From: an uncultured virus (IMG/VR IMGVR_UViG_3300012274_000057)
Lineage: Duplodnaviria; Heunggongvirae; Uroviricota; Caudoviricetes
Direction: 5' to 3' (one strand)
IMG/VR virus record: IMGVR_UViG_3300012274_000057
Span: 62,001 to 126,000 of that record
DNA: 64,000 nucleotides
Position numbers and translations under genes: made by a program. Shown piece after piece: positions 10,363 through 21,218 of this stretch (position 1 is its first letter; each line of letters starts with the position of its first letter). The notes under the pieces are model-generated. The model did not search any database. It was not told the DNA's origin and saw only the letters and a program-made list of their open reading frames with translations.

Positions 10363-11388
10363 TTAGATAAATTTAACAGTATCAAAGAATGTTCCTGATT
10401 CATTAACACTTGCATTTTCTTTAACTGCTTTATGAGTTATAACTCTAGCACAAATAGCTTTGGCTTGTCTGTTATTATCTTTAATAGCAGTTAGGATAGA
10501 ACCATTAACAACTTGAAGTATAGCTAACTTCTCTTTTAAGAAGTAAACTCTATTATTAGCATGTCTAATTTGTTTGCTTCTTAATTCTCTTCCATCTGCA
10601 TTTGTAGTTGCATTTAATAATTCTTTTTCTATAGCTTCTATAAATTTAATATCTTCTTTTATAGCTGTTTCTAGTTGCTTATAAGCTTCTTCAGCTTTTT
10701 TCTTACCATCTTTAGTACCAGATATGATACTAATTTGGTCAGAAATATTAACACCTTCAATTTCTTTCTTAGAATCTTCCCCAGATCTTAATTTGCTATA
10801 AAGTTCTTTATTAAATTCAGTAGCAGTAAGTTTTCCACCACCAAATACTTGACCTCTCATTTTTTCAACTGAATCAACTTTATCTTTAGCTTTGTCCAAT
10901 TCAGTATCAATAGCAGGCTCATTTAATTTTATAGTTGCTGATACAGGAATATCTATATTTCCATTTGCTTTAGCAATAGTCACAGCATCTAGATTGTATT
11001 TGAATCCTTTATATTTAAATCCAGCTGTTTCAGCCATCATTAAATCTCTCTTATATTTCTTTAAGAAAGCTTCGTCGGATTTAATATATCCATTAAACAT
11101 AGCGAAGAATTTCTTAAATAATCCTCTTATTTTTTCTAAAATATTCATGAAAAAGTTTTTAGCTTTTCCTAAAAAGCCCTTTACGTCAGCAGCTTCATAT
11201 ACCATTTCATGTCCATTCTTTTCGAAATAACTTAATTCATTAATACCTATAGTTTGCATTAATAAATTATAGTTTACCTCGGACTCAGCAATTATAGCAC
11301 AAGCACCTTCCATACATGGTTCATATTGGCACTCTATAACATTTTGATTTTCTAAATTTATTTGATTATTTGCAGTAAAAACTCCCAT
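10363..11388 (-). CDS. putative internal head protein, paralog family member 2
   Basis: VYE|AADVKGFLGKAKNFFMNILEKIRGLF motif. Confidence 0.6.
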   Translation of the reverse strand: MGVFTANNQINLENQNVIECQYEPCMEGACAIIAESEVNYNLLMQTIGINELSYFEKNGHEMVYEAADVKGFLGKAKNFFMNILEKIRGLFKKFFAMFNGYIKSDEAFLKKYKRDLMMAETAGFKYKGFKYNLDAVTIAKANGNIDIPVSATIKLNEPAIDTELDKAKDKVDSVEKMRGQVFGGGKLTATEFNKELYSKLRSGEDSKKEIEGVNISDQISIISGTKDGKKKAEEAYKQLETAIKEDIKFIEAIEKELLNATTNADGRELRSKQIRHANNRVYFLKEKLAILQVVNGSILTAIKDNNRQAKAICARVITHKAVKENASVNESGTFFDTVKFI

Positions 11389-11448
11389 TTTACATCCTCC
11401 TTAAAAATTAATTTGGGAAGGCTCTACAATATAATAGAGCCTAATTTT

Positions 11449-12540
11449 TTATACAGTTTCATATGAAGCAAAAGAACTTTCTATTTCAAACTCTGCAGCT
11501 TCACCTACAGCTTGAAGTAATTCTGCTTCTTCATTTACAGATTTATTAAATGTAACTGCTTGTTGGAATACTCTTCTACATTGTTTAATGTGGAATTTAC
11601 AAGCATCTATTAGTCCAGCACTAGTTTTGTTAGCAACTGTTTGTTGAGCAGACATAAGTTTATAATAAACATTACATCTTTTCATAGTTAATCTATCAGC
11701 CTTAGAGCTTTCTTCATCTTTGAACTTAAGATCTGCTTTTAATTTATCAGTATCTTTTAATGCTTTACTGAATGCTTCATCAACTTTCTTTTCATATGAT
11801 TTAACATTTTTAAGAATAGTTGAGCTTTCAGTTAATATAGACATTATATGATTAAGATCTGAATCTTTTAAACCTTCAACTTCTTTTTCTTCAGCAAATG
11901 CTTTTTCATGCATTTGTTTAGAAAACTCAGACGCAGTGATGGAACTACCTTCACCTACTGTTTTAGCATATAATTTTTCCATGAAATCTGAACTACTTAC
12001 TTCTTTCATAACGCTGTCTAATTCTGTTTCTGAATCCTTGAATACATCAGTTTTAGTTGAATCTATAACAGCAACAGCTGCTGCTAACCTCTTATCTACT
12101 TCAATATTAAAGCTTCTATCCGCAGGTTCAGCCCATTTGTATTTCATTTTGTGTAAGTTAGTTTTTTGTAAAACTTGTTTCTTATACTTTTCAACAAATT
12201 TTTTATTATCTCTTATGATAATACCAGTAAATTTGTCTACAAAAGATTTTAATAATCCTTTAATTTTAGCCCAAGCCTTTTTAACGAATTCTTTAATTTT
12301 GTCTACAAAACTTGAAACTCCTGCTTCTGTTACTGCTTCGAACTCCATATTTTCATGCATTGCAGCAACTTCTGCAAAATCTTGAGATATTACAGCATCA
12401 AATACTGCTTGGTCGTTTTGACAACCTTCTACTACCATTTGGAAAGAACCGAACTCTCCAAAATAATTTTCATTTGCTACGATATCTTCTCCATCGTAGT
12501 TTCCTAATCCTGTTCTATTTCCTGAATAAAAAACTGACAC
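11449..12540 (-). CDS. putative internal head protein, paralog family member 1 (GTG start)
   Basis: VTE|AGVSSFVDKIKEFVKKAWAKIKGL motif; late motif 12599-12610. Confidence 0.6.
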   Translation of the reverse strand: MSVFYSGNRTGLGNYDGEDIVANENYFGEFGSFQMVVEGCQNDQAVFDAVISQDFAEVAAMHENMEFEAVTEAGVSSFVDKIKEFVKKAWAKIKGLLKSFVDKFTGIIIRDNKKFVEKYKKQVLQKTNLHKMKYKWAEPADRSFNIEVDKRLAAAVAVIDSTKTDVFKDSETELDSVMKEVSSSDFMEKLYAKTVGEGSSITASEFSKQMHEKAFAEEKEVEGLKDSDLNHIMSILTESSTILKNVKSYEKKVDEAFSKALKDTDKLKADLKFKDEESSKADRLTMKRCNVYYKLMSAQQTVANKTSAGLIDACKFHIKQCRRVFQQAVTFNKSVNEEAELLQAVGEAAEFEIESSFASYETV

Positions 12541-12655
12541 AATTAATCATCCTTTCTCAAATTATTTTTAATTAAATTGTATTTTTTATTTAAATATTTA
12601 CTTGTATGTTCATACAAGTACTTTACTAATATGGCTATTTATTTTGATATAGCCA

Positions 12656-13672
12656 TTAAAATAAAGCAGAGGATGCAGAATCTGGTACACTATCAAATAC
12701 TTCATCTGCTTTATACTTCTTATTGTTACTTGTTATTTCTTTAGTTGCCTTTGTTTCAGATTCCTTGTTAGATATAGCTAATTTATTAGAAATTTTTCTG
12801 AATAACTCAACTATCTTCATTTGTTTGTTAGTAATTCTTTTCTTCTCGTCTTTATTTAAAGTGGAATTACTTTCAACATTGTAAGCATTCATTTGTAATA
12901 AATCAGCTTGTATATCGAAATAATCTGATACTCTTACTCTTGAATAATAAAAAAAGAATACGAGTTCTCTCATTATAGGTAATATATTTAGTATAAGCCC
13001 AACTAAAGCAATACTACCAGCTATTATACCTATATCATCTATACCTGTTAATTGTTTAATATTTTTCTTTATAACCATTTCGAAACAAGTATCTATCTGT
13101 CCAGCATCACAAGCTTTATTAAATCTCTGTAAATTAGAGAATAATAGATTTTGTTTAGTTTTATTTAAGGCAACTTTATCTAGTATTATTCCAAACTCTT
13201 CTTCAGTTGGAGTTTTAATAAACTCTATACAAGTAGCTACTAAAAAAGATGTACTGCTTATAATTGATAAACATATTGTAGAATACATAACTATTGGCAT
13301 TTCCACATTTAACTTAAATGCTTTTTCAAACAGCTCTCTTCTAGAAACAATGTTTTTTAAAGCTTCCTCTATTATTAGTACTGGTTTAGGGTCTTGTTTA
13401 TATTCTATAAGCAATGATTTTAATACACCAATACAGTCTGTGAGTTTTTCATAATTATATAATTTAGTAATATCACCTTTTGTACTAGGGATATCACCAT
13501 AATCTATATCATCAACTTTATCAACTATATGATTATATAATTTAGAAGTTAGTACTGATAATGCTTGATTTTGATCTGCCTCATTTAAAGAAATCATTAT
13601 TTTTCTAGTATCTTTATCCATTATATTGAAATTTTCATATACTATTTTATCATAGTCTTGTTTAAATCCCAT
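12656..13672 (-). CDS. putative virion protein with hydrophobic segments
   Basis: Two hydrophobic stretches (MYSTICLSIISSTSFLVATCI; IGIIAGSIALVGLILNILPI); in late operon. Confidence 0.55.
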   Translation of the reverse strand: MGFKQDYDKIVYENFNIMDKDTRKIMISLNEADQNQALSVLTSKLYNHIVDKVDDIDYGDIPSTKGDITKLYNYEKLTDCIGVLKSLLIEYKQDPKPVLIIEEALKNIVSRRELFEKAFKLNVEMPIVMYSTICLSIISSTSFLVATCIEFIKTPTEEEFGIILDKVALNKTKQNLLFSNLQRFNKACDAGQIDTCFEMVIKKNIKQLTGIDDIGIIAGSIALVGLILNILPIMRELVFFFYYSRVRVSDYFDIQADLLQMNAYNVESNSTLNKDEKKRITNKQMKIVELFRKISNKLAISNKESETKATKEITSNNKKYKADEVFDSVPDSASSALF

Positions 13673-13688
13673 TTATATCCCCTCCTTT

Positions 13689-14966
13689 TTATCTAGACAT
13701 TTTAGTCATAAGATTGATTACTTTCTTATAGCTATTATCGCCTGATTCTCTTTCTAACTGTGAAAATGAAACATGCTCATATATGTCGTCACCAGTATCG
13801 AAAATAAATTTAGCAACTTCCATAGATTCGTCCATAATACATACACCCATTAAATTATAAGCTTCCATTATTGGTCTTATCACTTTAGGGTTTTCTATAT
13901 TTATATTTTCTGTTTTTTTAAGATACTCTACTTCTTCTTGTGAAATTAGTAGAGTTGTAATTGCACTTGCATCATTTGTCTGTCCTAATACTCTTCTTAT
14001 TTTACTTTTTGTTCCTCTTCTTTCTAATATCTTCCATAATTTAGAAGATGAACCTTTTTTAGATTGAGATAGTGCATCAACTTTGGCTTTATCCAAAGCA
14101 AATAGAAAATCTCTGCAGAAACTTATTTCTCTTGTTGTCGCTCTTATTAATTTTAAGAATCCATTATTGTCTTCATTCTTAACAATGATTCTATTTAGTA
14201 TATCAGCAGAATCTATTGGGTATAGTTTAGCTTTAACCCCTATAACAGCCTGCTGAGCAATTGCTTGACCAGAATCTTGACTTACAAAGTTAATAACCAT
14301 CATGCTTGGTATTAATTCATTAGCCTTCTTTACATCTGAATCTAATAATTGAGTTTTAAACACATCATTCATATTTTTTAGAGATGAAGTATAATTTTGT
14401 CTATCTTTATAAGTGTCTTCTTGTATAATAGTATTTTTTCCCATAACTGATTCAGGATAAATTTTAAAGTCTCCTATAGAACTTTCTGATATGCTATCTG
14501 GTAATACATATGATAAATTTTTTATATCTTTTTTTACTTGTTCATATAATATAGAATCTGTTATTGCTTGTACACCAGATTCTTGTGCAGTTATAACAAA
14601 TTTATCTAGAGCATTCATGAATTGATCTACATTCATACTATCATCTATCTTTAGATTAGTATGGAATTGAGATATATATTCTATTGCATCTTTTGCAGTT
14701 GTGATATTGATAGCACTAAATAACATTTGAAGCATGGTCATTGCTTTTCTCTCTACTGCCTTAGTAGCCATTGCAGAATTATCTATAGATGTATTTCTAC
14801 TTGCTCCTACAGGAAATACAAGTGTTAAATTAGAAGATGCTTGAGCTATAGATCTAAAGCTCCCTTTCCTATTTGTTATTCCAGCTATTGCTTCTGAGTT
14901 TTTTACATCTGATATTATATCAATTACATCACGAATAATGGTTTCATGTACTATTTCACATCCCAT
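13689..14966 (-). CDS. putative virion structural protein
   Basis: Late motif 14994-15005; GGAGG RBS; context. Confidence 0.55.
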   Translation of the reverse strand: MGCEIVHETIIRDVIDIISDVKNSEAIAGITNRKGSFRSIAQASSNLTLVFPVGASRNTSIDNSAMATKAVERKAMTMLQMLFSAINITTAKDAIEYISQFHTNLKIDDSMNVDQFMNALDKFVITAQESGVQAITDSILYEQVKKDIKNLSYVLPDSISESSIGDFKIYPESVMGKNTIIQEDTYKDRQNYTSSLKNMNDVFKTQLLDSDVKKANELIPSMMVINFVSQDSGQAIAQQAVIGVKAKLYPIDSADILNRIIVKNEDNNGFLKLIRATTREISFCRDFLFALDKAKVDALSQSKKGSSSKLWKILERRGTKSKIRRVLGQTNDASAITTLLISQEEVEYLKKTENINIENPKVIRPIMEAYNLMGVCIMDESMEVAKFIFDTGDDIYEHVSFSQLERESGDNSYKKVINLMTKMSR

Positions 14967-15045
14967 TTTAAATCCTCCTTTATAATGATTATTTAATTTT
15001 ATGTTAAATGATAAAAAAATAAAGACTTATAGCAATTCAGTCACT

Positions 15046-15231
15046 TTAGAATAAAAATTCTACCATACGTTTTTTAGGTTCGTTTTTAGAATTTTTCTGG
15101 TTTTCTGAATTTATATTTATAGTAATATTTAATGAAACATTATTATTTAAATCGGTATGTTCATATCTCCCCTCTAATGAAATTGGAAATAATGGACCTA
15201 TACCTTTAAATAATGTATCTTTAATGAACAT
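15046..15231 (-). CDS. 61-aa hypothetical protein with structured leader
   Basis: AAGGGGG RBS; early motif 15336-15345 on minus strand. Confidence 0.65.
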   Translation of the reverse strand: MFIKDTLFKGIGPLFPISLEGRYEHTDLNNNVSLNITININSENQKNSKNEPKKRMVEFLF

Positions 15232-15407
15232 AATAAATTCCCCCTTAATTAAAATCTATTTTATCTAAAAACCCTCAAATGTGGAGGAAGGAATTTAAGC
15301 TTATTATTCATTATTACTATAAGTCTTTCATAGTAATAATATATAATTAAAATATTCTTTAGTTAGTTTCAACATATTTATAAGAGTGCAAGAAAGGAGA
15401 GATTAAT

Positions 15408-16379
15408 ATGTCAATATTATCTAATTCTAATGTAAAAATTACCGATGATTATGTTAAGCAACTAGTACAAGGTGCTACAATGTATAATAGGCATGAAATA
15501 GAATGGTATGATAAATTTAATAGATTTGGATGTTTAGATCCATACAACTCGGTTAAAGGTTCTAGAGAATATATATTTATTACCAAACCAGATTTGCATA
15601 TTTTTAAAAATGGAAATATAAATGCATTAAATGATCAACTTGCGGCTATGCCCTTTTGGAGAGAAGCACATGAGAGATATTTTAATGTATTAAGACAGTT
15701 ACAGATATCTCATATAAACAATAATAGTCCATTTATAAACTTAATTAGTAACGCTGTAAAAAATACACTAGAATTACCAGGGGTAACTGCATCTGAAATG
15801 GATACTGCTGCTACAATTTATGGAGATGCAGTTACGTATAGATGGAGTTCAGTTTCATCTGATACTAATCACGAATTTCAATTAGATTTTGAAGATACTA
15901 AATATCTTGAAGTATATATGCTATTTAAAATATACGATGAATATGAGAAATTAAAGTCTGAGGGAGGCATAACACCTCCTAATCCAAATTACAGATTAAA
16001 TAAAGTTCTTCATGATCAAAGTTGTGCATATAAAATAATTGTAGGAGAAGATGGAGAAACTATATTATACTATGCTAAATTATGGGGAGTATATCCTAAG
16101 TCAGTACCTAGGGAGGCATTTTCTAGTTTAGATAAAGCAGGGGGTTTAGAATTTAATGTATCATTTCATTCTGAATTTGTTGATGATATGGACCCATTAA
16201 TATTATCTGAATTTAATGATTTAACTTCAAGATATATGGCTGGAAAAACACATTCTCCTATATATAATACAAGAACTAAATCTATTAATGGAATATGGGT
16301 AGGAATGCCTTATGTTACTTATGAAAGAAAACCAATGTTTGATCCACTACCACAATATAAACTGAAATGGAGGAGTTAA
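15408..16379 (+). CDS. putative baseplate/tail-tube-fold protein
   Basis: KLWGVYPKSVP-type tail-tube-like C-terminal pattern; late motif 15371-15382. Confidence 0.5.
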   Translation: MSILSNSNVKITDDYVKQLVQGATMYNRHEIEWYDKFNRFGCLDPYNSVKGSREYIFITKPDLHIFKNGNINALNDQLAAMPFWREAHERYFNVLRQLQISHINNNSPFINLISNAVKNTLELPGVTASEMDTAATIYGDAVTYRWSSVSSDTNHEFQLDFEDTKYLEVYMLFKIYDEYEKLKSEGGITPPNPNYRLNKVLHDQSCAYKIIVGEDGETILYYAKLWGVYPKSVPREAFSSLDKAGGLEFNVSFHSEFVDDMDPLILSEFNDLTSRYMAGKTHSPIYNTRTKSINGIWVGMPYVTYERKPMFDPLPQYKLKWRS

Positions 16380-16380
16380 T

Positions 16381-18978
16381 ATGGATACTAATAATACCAC
16401 ATTTTTACCAGACATTTACGATATTACAGATGTAGTAAATAATTTACAAAAGAAATATAATGAAGACTTATCTGATGAAACTCTTAGTATGAGTATGTAC
16501 GGATGGAATACAGAATTATTTGCTAATAGTCTTCAGAATAGTATTGTTATGGCAGCGGAATGGGGTAATGAAGCGTTCCCTATAAGATCTAAATTTGAAA
16601 AAAATATATTAACAAATGCAGTTACCTATAATGTAGACGATATAAATGCTATACCAGCTCAAATGGATGTAATGATCGGATTTGTTGAAAAAGAATTGGA
16701 AGCTCAATTAGTTAACGATAAATTTACATTATATAGCGATTGTAAATTTAATATAGGAGGGTTTGAATTCCATTTAGATTACGATATAATTATAACAAAA
16801 GCTTTATCTCCACAAAATGAGTATGTATATGCAGCTAGATATGATATTGGAAGATTAAATGCTTTATCTGATATAAAAAATCCTTATTTACAACCTCCTA
16901 TCAAATTGACGATGCATAATAGTAAATGGATATTTATTACTTGTACAATAAGACAAGTACAATATGAGCAACGATATAGTAAAATCATAACAAATAATAT
17001 TTTAGATCATAAAACTTTTGATTTTGAGTTTGAAGATCAATTAGCAGCTTTCGATGTTGTCGTTACAGAAGGGAATAAAACTACTTATTTAACTCCTATA
17101 TTTGAAGGTATGCCTTTAGAAGGGGAACAATTATACTGCTTCTATACATTTTTAAATGCCAATACTATACGGATAAAATTTGATAGAAATTCTTATGAAC
17201 CTAAATTAAACTGTAACATGACTATAGATCTCAAAACTACTAAAGGTTCTGGAGGTAACTTTAATTATAATCTTAAAAGAGAGATAATCAATTCATTGGA
17301 ATCTGAAAAAACTAACTATAGAAATCTATCAGTATTGATACAACCTATAACGGTTTCTAGATATGGCATAGATAGAAAATCTATAGAGGATTTAAAACAA
17401 ATTATTCCTAAAGAAATATTATCTAGAGGAAATATTACGAATAATAAAGATTTAGAAAATTTCTTTAATACATTAGATGGGAATAGATTAATGTTTTATA
17501 GAAGACGTGATAATCAAAGGGAGAGATTATTCTATGCATATTTATTAGTAAAAGATATGTATGATAATATAATTCCTACAAATACTTTAAATATGGTAAT
17601 TAAAGAAACTGAATTTAATGAAAATAAAAATCAAAGATATATAATTAATCCAGGAAATAAGATTAAATTAATTGATAAAAATACTGCTATCATAGATAAC
17701 ACTATTCCTACAGAAAATATTTATAATGAAGAACAAAAGGGGTTTATATATAGTACACCGTTTATATGCGTAGTAAATAAACATCCTTTATCTGTATCGT
17801 ATTATATGAATAATATAAATAAAGATTTTTATTTTAAGTTTGGTTTTATAAATACAAATTCTAGTTTACAGTTTATATCTACATCATTAAATTGTAGTAG
17901 AAACTATATAGATACAAACAATTATAAGATATCTTTAAAGGCAACTCAAAACATGAACTTAGATAGAGATATAGTTCAGTTAGATCAATTTGGGAATATA
18001 ATATCTTGTAATATAAAACCAGTATTAGTAATAAGGACTGAAAAATATAATTATTATGTATACGGTAAAGTAGTTTCTGTTGATCAAGATTTATATCAAT
18101 ATAATATTGAATTTGAATTAGAAACGGATAATATTATAAATCAGGATAATCAAATAAAAATAAATAATGTATATATAGGAGGTTCATCTTCTATAGAAAA
18201 GGAATATATTTATTTGAATGATTCTGTAGACATTTCTGTATACATGACTGTAAAATTCCCAGATGGTGTATATGGTCGAGATGATTTAGATTCTATAATT
18301 CCTACAGGAATGGAAGAATATACAGTATGTAACAGATATGATACTATAGGGAAAATGGATCTATTTTATAACTATTCTCATATAATGAAATCTACTGTAA
18401 AAGTTATCGGTAGGACTGAAGAAGAAAAAGAATATATATTCCAAATAAAAGGCGTACCGATGGTTAGATACTCTTATTTAAGTGATGTAGAAAGATGTAT
18501 GTCTATTATAGATTACTTGCAATATAGAAAAGTATATATTGATAGTGCTTTAGAAGTATTAGAAGATTCATTTACTGTAGACCTTAAATTCTTTAATACG
18601 TATGGTCCATCCAAGATGTTTGAGATAGGTCATAATGATGATATACTAGATAAAGTGAATTTATCATTAACGTTTAAAACAAAATTAAAAGTTGGTGCTG
18701 ATAAAAAAACAGTAGATAAATTAACAGCATCTATAAAAGAATATGTGGAAAATATTAATGATATAAGAAGCATACACATTTCTAACCTTATAACGGAATT
18801 GACCAATACTTATAAGGCAGATATAGAATTTATTGAATTCTTGGGGGCAAATAACTATAATGCATTATATCAATATATTAAAAAAGTAGAGACAGAAATA
18901 TTAGATGATGTTCCAGAGTTTGTAAATATAAACTTAAAGGAAGATTTAAAACCAGACATCAATATTATTTTAGCTTAA
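16381..18978 (+). CDS. putative baseplate wedge protein (T4 gp6-like)
   Basis: TTKGSGGNF...SIEDLKQIIP...SRGNITNNKDLENFF pattern reminiscent of gp6/baseplate J; 865 aa. Confidence 0.6.
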   Translation: MDTNNTTFLPDIYDITDVVNNLQKKYNEDLSDETLSMSMYGWNTELFANSLQNSIVMAAEWGNEAFPIRSKFEKNILTNAVTYNVDDINAIPAQMDVMIGFVEKELEAQLVNDKFTLYSDCKFNIGGFEFHLDYDIIITKALSPQNEYVYAARYDIGRLNALSDIKNPYLQPPIKLTMHNSKWIFITCTIRQVQYEQRYSKIITNNILDHKTFDFEFEDQLAAFDVVVTEGNKTTYLTPIFEGMPLEGEQLYCFYTFLNANTIRIKFDRNSYEPKLNCNMTIDLKTTKGSGGNFNYNLKREIINSLESEKTNYRNLSVLIQPITVSRYGIDRKSIEDLKQIIPKEILSRGNITNNKDLENFFNTLDGNRLMFYRRRDNQRERLFYAYLLVKDMYDNIIPTNTLNMVIKETEFNENKNQRYIINPGNKIKLIDKNTAIIDNTIPTENIYNEEQKGFIYSTPFICVVNKHPLSVSYYMNNINKDFYFKFGFINTNSSLQFISTSLNCSRNYIDTNNYKISLKATQNMNLDRDIVQLDQFGNIISCNIKPVLVIRTEKYNYYVYGKVVSVDQDLYQYNIEFELETDNIINQDNQIKINNVYIGGSSSIEKEYIYLNDSVDISVYMTVKFPDGVYGRDDLDSIIPTGMEEYTVCNRYDTIGKMDLFYNYSHIMKSTVKVIGRTEEEKEYIFQIKGVPMVRYSYLSDVERCMSIIDYLQYRKVYIDSALEVLEDSFTVDLKFFNTYGPSKMFEIGHNDDILDKVNLSLTFKTKLKVGADKKTVDKLTASIKEYVENINDIRSIHISNLITELTNTYKADIEFIEFLGANNYNALYQYIKKVETEILDDVPEFVNINLKEDLKPDINIILA

Positions 18979-19014
18979 CATCAAAGTAATTAAATTAAAG
19001 GAGGAATAGGTAAT

Positions 19015-19941
19015 ATGGCATATTGCAGTGGAAAAAAATATGTAGAACTTCTTATCAAAGATAAAGAAGCATCTATGAATAGAGTAAATGCTAAAAAATC
19101 TGGAATTATGGAGCAACAAGACAATTTGAATTCAGTTGCTAATAATATCAAAACTTTAAGAGAAAATAGAATATCATTGGAAGGCAAATATAGGAAATTT
19201 ACAAAAGAATTAAAGGAAAGTTTAATATCCGAATGTATTATGAGCCTATATAATAAATCTTTAGGTGTTCAATTAGAGAACGCTCATCAAGATGCTATTA
19301 AAAGAAATTTAGTAAATCAGTTTGTCGAGGAAAATGGTGCTGATAATCTTCTACGTTCATTTAAGAAAAATTCATTTTTGTTAGCAGAATATGCTAGAAT
19401 ATCTGAAAAATATTATAATATAGTAATCGAAGGCTGTGATAAAAAAAATGAAAATACATTTATTATGGAACCTACAGACAAAGATGATTTCTATGCAGAT
19501 CTTGAAATACCTGAAAGTGATGAAGTTGCCAGTGTTATAAAATTAAGGGTTTCATCAGCTATAAATCATTTTAATGATGCTTATCAAACAGATAGAGCAG
19601 AGATTAAAAATATTTTACAAGATTCTCAAGAGAAGATACAATCTGCAGATAGTGAATCTATGAAAGAATCATATGAATTAGCTGCTAAAAGAAAAATAAA
19701 TAGTGTACGAAATAAAAGAGTACAAAATGTATTTGAAAATATGGTAATAAAAACTGCTAAAGCTGCTATGGATGATGATAATGCAAAAAATGTCTATCTA
19801 AACGAATCTGGTAAATTAGATATGGATACTATTGTAGATAACTGTTCTATTATGTATACATTCTTAGAGGTTTTAAATACTGCTAAGATTCAAAAAATAG
19901 ATGAGTCTTATATAACAAATTTATTGGATAATTTTTCATAA
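19015..19941 (+). CDS. putative virion/head-associated protein
   Basis: Late motif 18977-18988; helical; terminator 19946-19975. Confidence 0.5.
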   Translation: MAYCSGKKYVELLIKDKEASMNRVNAKKSGIMEQQDNLNSVANNIKTLRENRISLEGKYRKFTKELKESLISECIMSLYNKSLGVQLENAHQDAIKRNLVNQFVEENGADNLLRSFKKNSFLLAEYARISEKYYNIVIEGCDKKNENTFIMEPTDKDDFYADLEIPESDEVASVIKLRVSSAINHFNDAYQTDRAEIKNILQDSQEKIQSADSESMKESYELAAKRKINSVRNKRVQNVFENMVIKTAKAAMDDDNAKNVYLNESGKLDMDTIVDNCSIMYTFLEVLNTAKIQKIDESYITNLLDNFS

Positions 19942-19945
19942 GAAA

Positions 19946-19976
19946 TACCCCTATAGGAGAAATCCTATAGGGGTTT
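19946..19976. terminator. bidirectional intrinsic terminator
   Basis: acccctatagga-gaaa-tcctataggggt between convergent genes. Confidence 0.85.
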
Positions 19977-19999
19977 ATAATTTATAAAAATATTCTTTT

Positions 20000-20434
20000 C
20001 TATAAATATATAACAACTATATTGTCTGATAATGTTGTTATATTATAAATCATAGATATGCAATTATAGTTATATAAATATTTTGTATTTATATTTAAAT
20101 TAGCACATCTATTCAATGTACTCTCAATAAACATTTTGTTCTGACTAAATACATTACATAATATATTATTAATTATTTGATAGTAAAAACTAGAATTATG
20201 TTCAAATGATTGAGTTTTTTTCATATCTGTTTTTTTTATTTTCATTGTTATATTTTTTTGTTCATTTGAATAATCTAGGGTAAATAAGTTGAAATTATCA
20301 CTTATTTCTTTAAGTATTTGTTGAAGAATGAATCCACAGTTAGCATCATATATATGCTCATGTAAGAATATTTTTAAGTTTTTTGCTTCCTCTAGTTCCG
20401 TTGTAGATATTTGTTGTGTTGGTTGTGTTAGCAT
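20000..20434 (-). CDS. hypothetical protein (144 aa)
   Basis: ORF with GGGGG RBS, downstream of rusA-like gene. Confidence 0.7.
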   Translation of the reverse strand: MLTQPTQQISTTELEEAKNLKIFLHEHIYDANCGFILQQILKEISDNFNLFTLDYSNEQKNITMKIKKTDMKKTQSFEHNSSFYYQIINNILCNVFSQNKMFIESTLNRCANLNINTKYLYNYNCISMIYNITTLSDNIVVIYL

Positions 20435-20437
20435 AAT

Positions 20438-21145
20438 TTATTCCCCCTTGAAATATTGTATTTCCTGATCTTCAATTTTTTTAACCATAGAATTATATTG
20501 ATATTTGTTGTATAAACAATTTAAATATCTTAGCTTTATCTCTACTCTGGGTAATATGGAATAGAACCTGTTTACAGTTCCTGATATTACTAGAGTATCG
20601 TCTAACCATATGTTGTGATTAAACATATCCGAATACTTTTTCCCTAGGTTGTCCCAATCTGGTTTTGATATAGGTCTTATTAAACCTATTTCAGATAGGA
20701 ATACATCGGTTGTGTTAAATGCTGATGGCGTTTTCATATATGCATTAAATTCGACTACGCATGGTGTATAAATCATACTTTGTAATTGAACCAATTCCTG
20801 ATCTACCATTCTCCTCATAAACACATTATCTTCTTTTGCATTTAGACTATATACATGAACAAAACTTCCATTATTTATAGCTTCATTCATGAAATTACTC
20901 CTATTAATTAACCTAAACCTCGGTCTTGGAGTACCTTCTGGTTCTTCAAATAAGATTATATTTAAGTCATTATAATATAAACTATTTTGCATCTCAAATT
21001 TCTTTGTAGCTATCTCCATTGCTTTCTTATCTGTTATATTATATTTATCATACATCCAATTTAATCTCTCATAATAATCTACTGGTATTTCACCATATTT
21101 ATTTTGATATTCTTCTTGTTTTTGTTTTCTATTTTTTCTTGTCAT
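20438..21145 (-). CDS. rusA: RusA-family Holliday junction resolvase
   Basis: PRPR N-motif and KPDWDNLGK..SD......WLDD catalytic motif. Confidence 0.85.
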   Translation of the reverse strand: MTRKNRKQKQEEYQNKYGEIPVDYYERLNWMYDKYNITDKKAMEIATKKFEMQNSLYYNDLNIILFEEPEGTPRPRFRLINRSNFMNEAINNGSFVHVYSLNAKEDNVFMRRMVDQELVQLQSMIYTPCVVEFNAYMKTPSAFNTTDVFLSEIGLIRPISKPDWDNLGKKYSDMFNHNIWLDDTLVISGTVNRFYSILPRVEIKLRYLNCLYNKYQYNSMVKKIEDQEIQYFKGE

Positions 21146-21218
21146 ATTATCATCACCTTAAAAATATAATTAAGATACGTATGATATTACGTATCTTAAT
21201 TTAGTGTTATAGTGTTTG

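Noticed and set aside
8167..12575. Plus-strand ORFs overlapping the head-protein genes
   Set aside because: Shadow ORFs opposite well-supported genes. The same applies to 2833, 18990, 21019, 22267, 33584, 38112, 38899, 39700, 41250, 43227, 43629, 45638, 47840, 52691, 52986 and 60649
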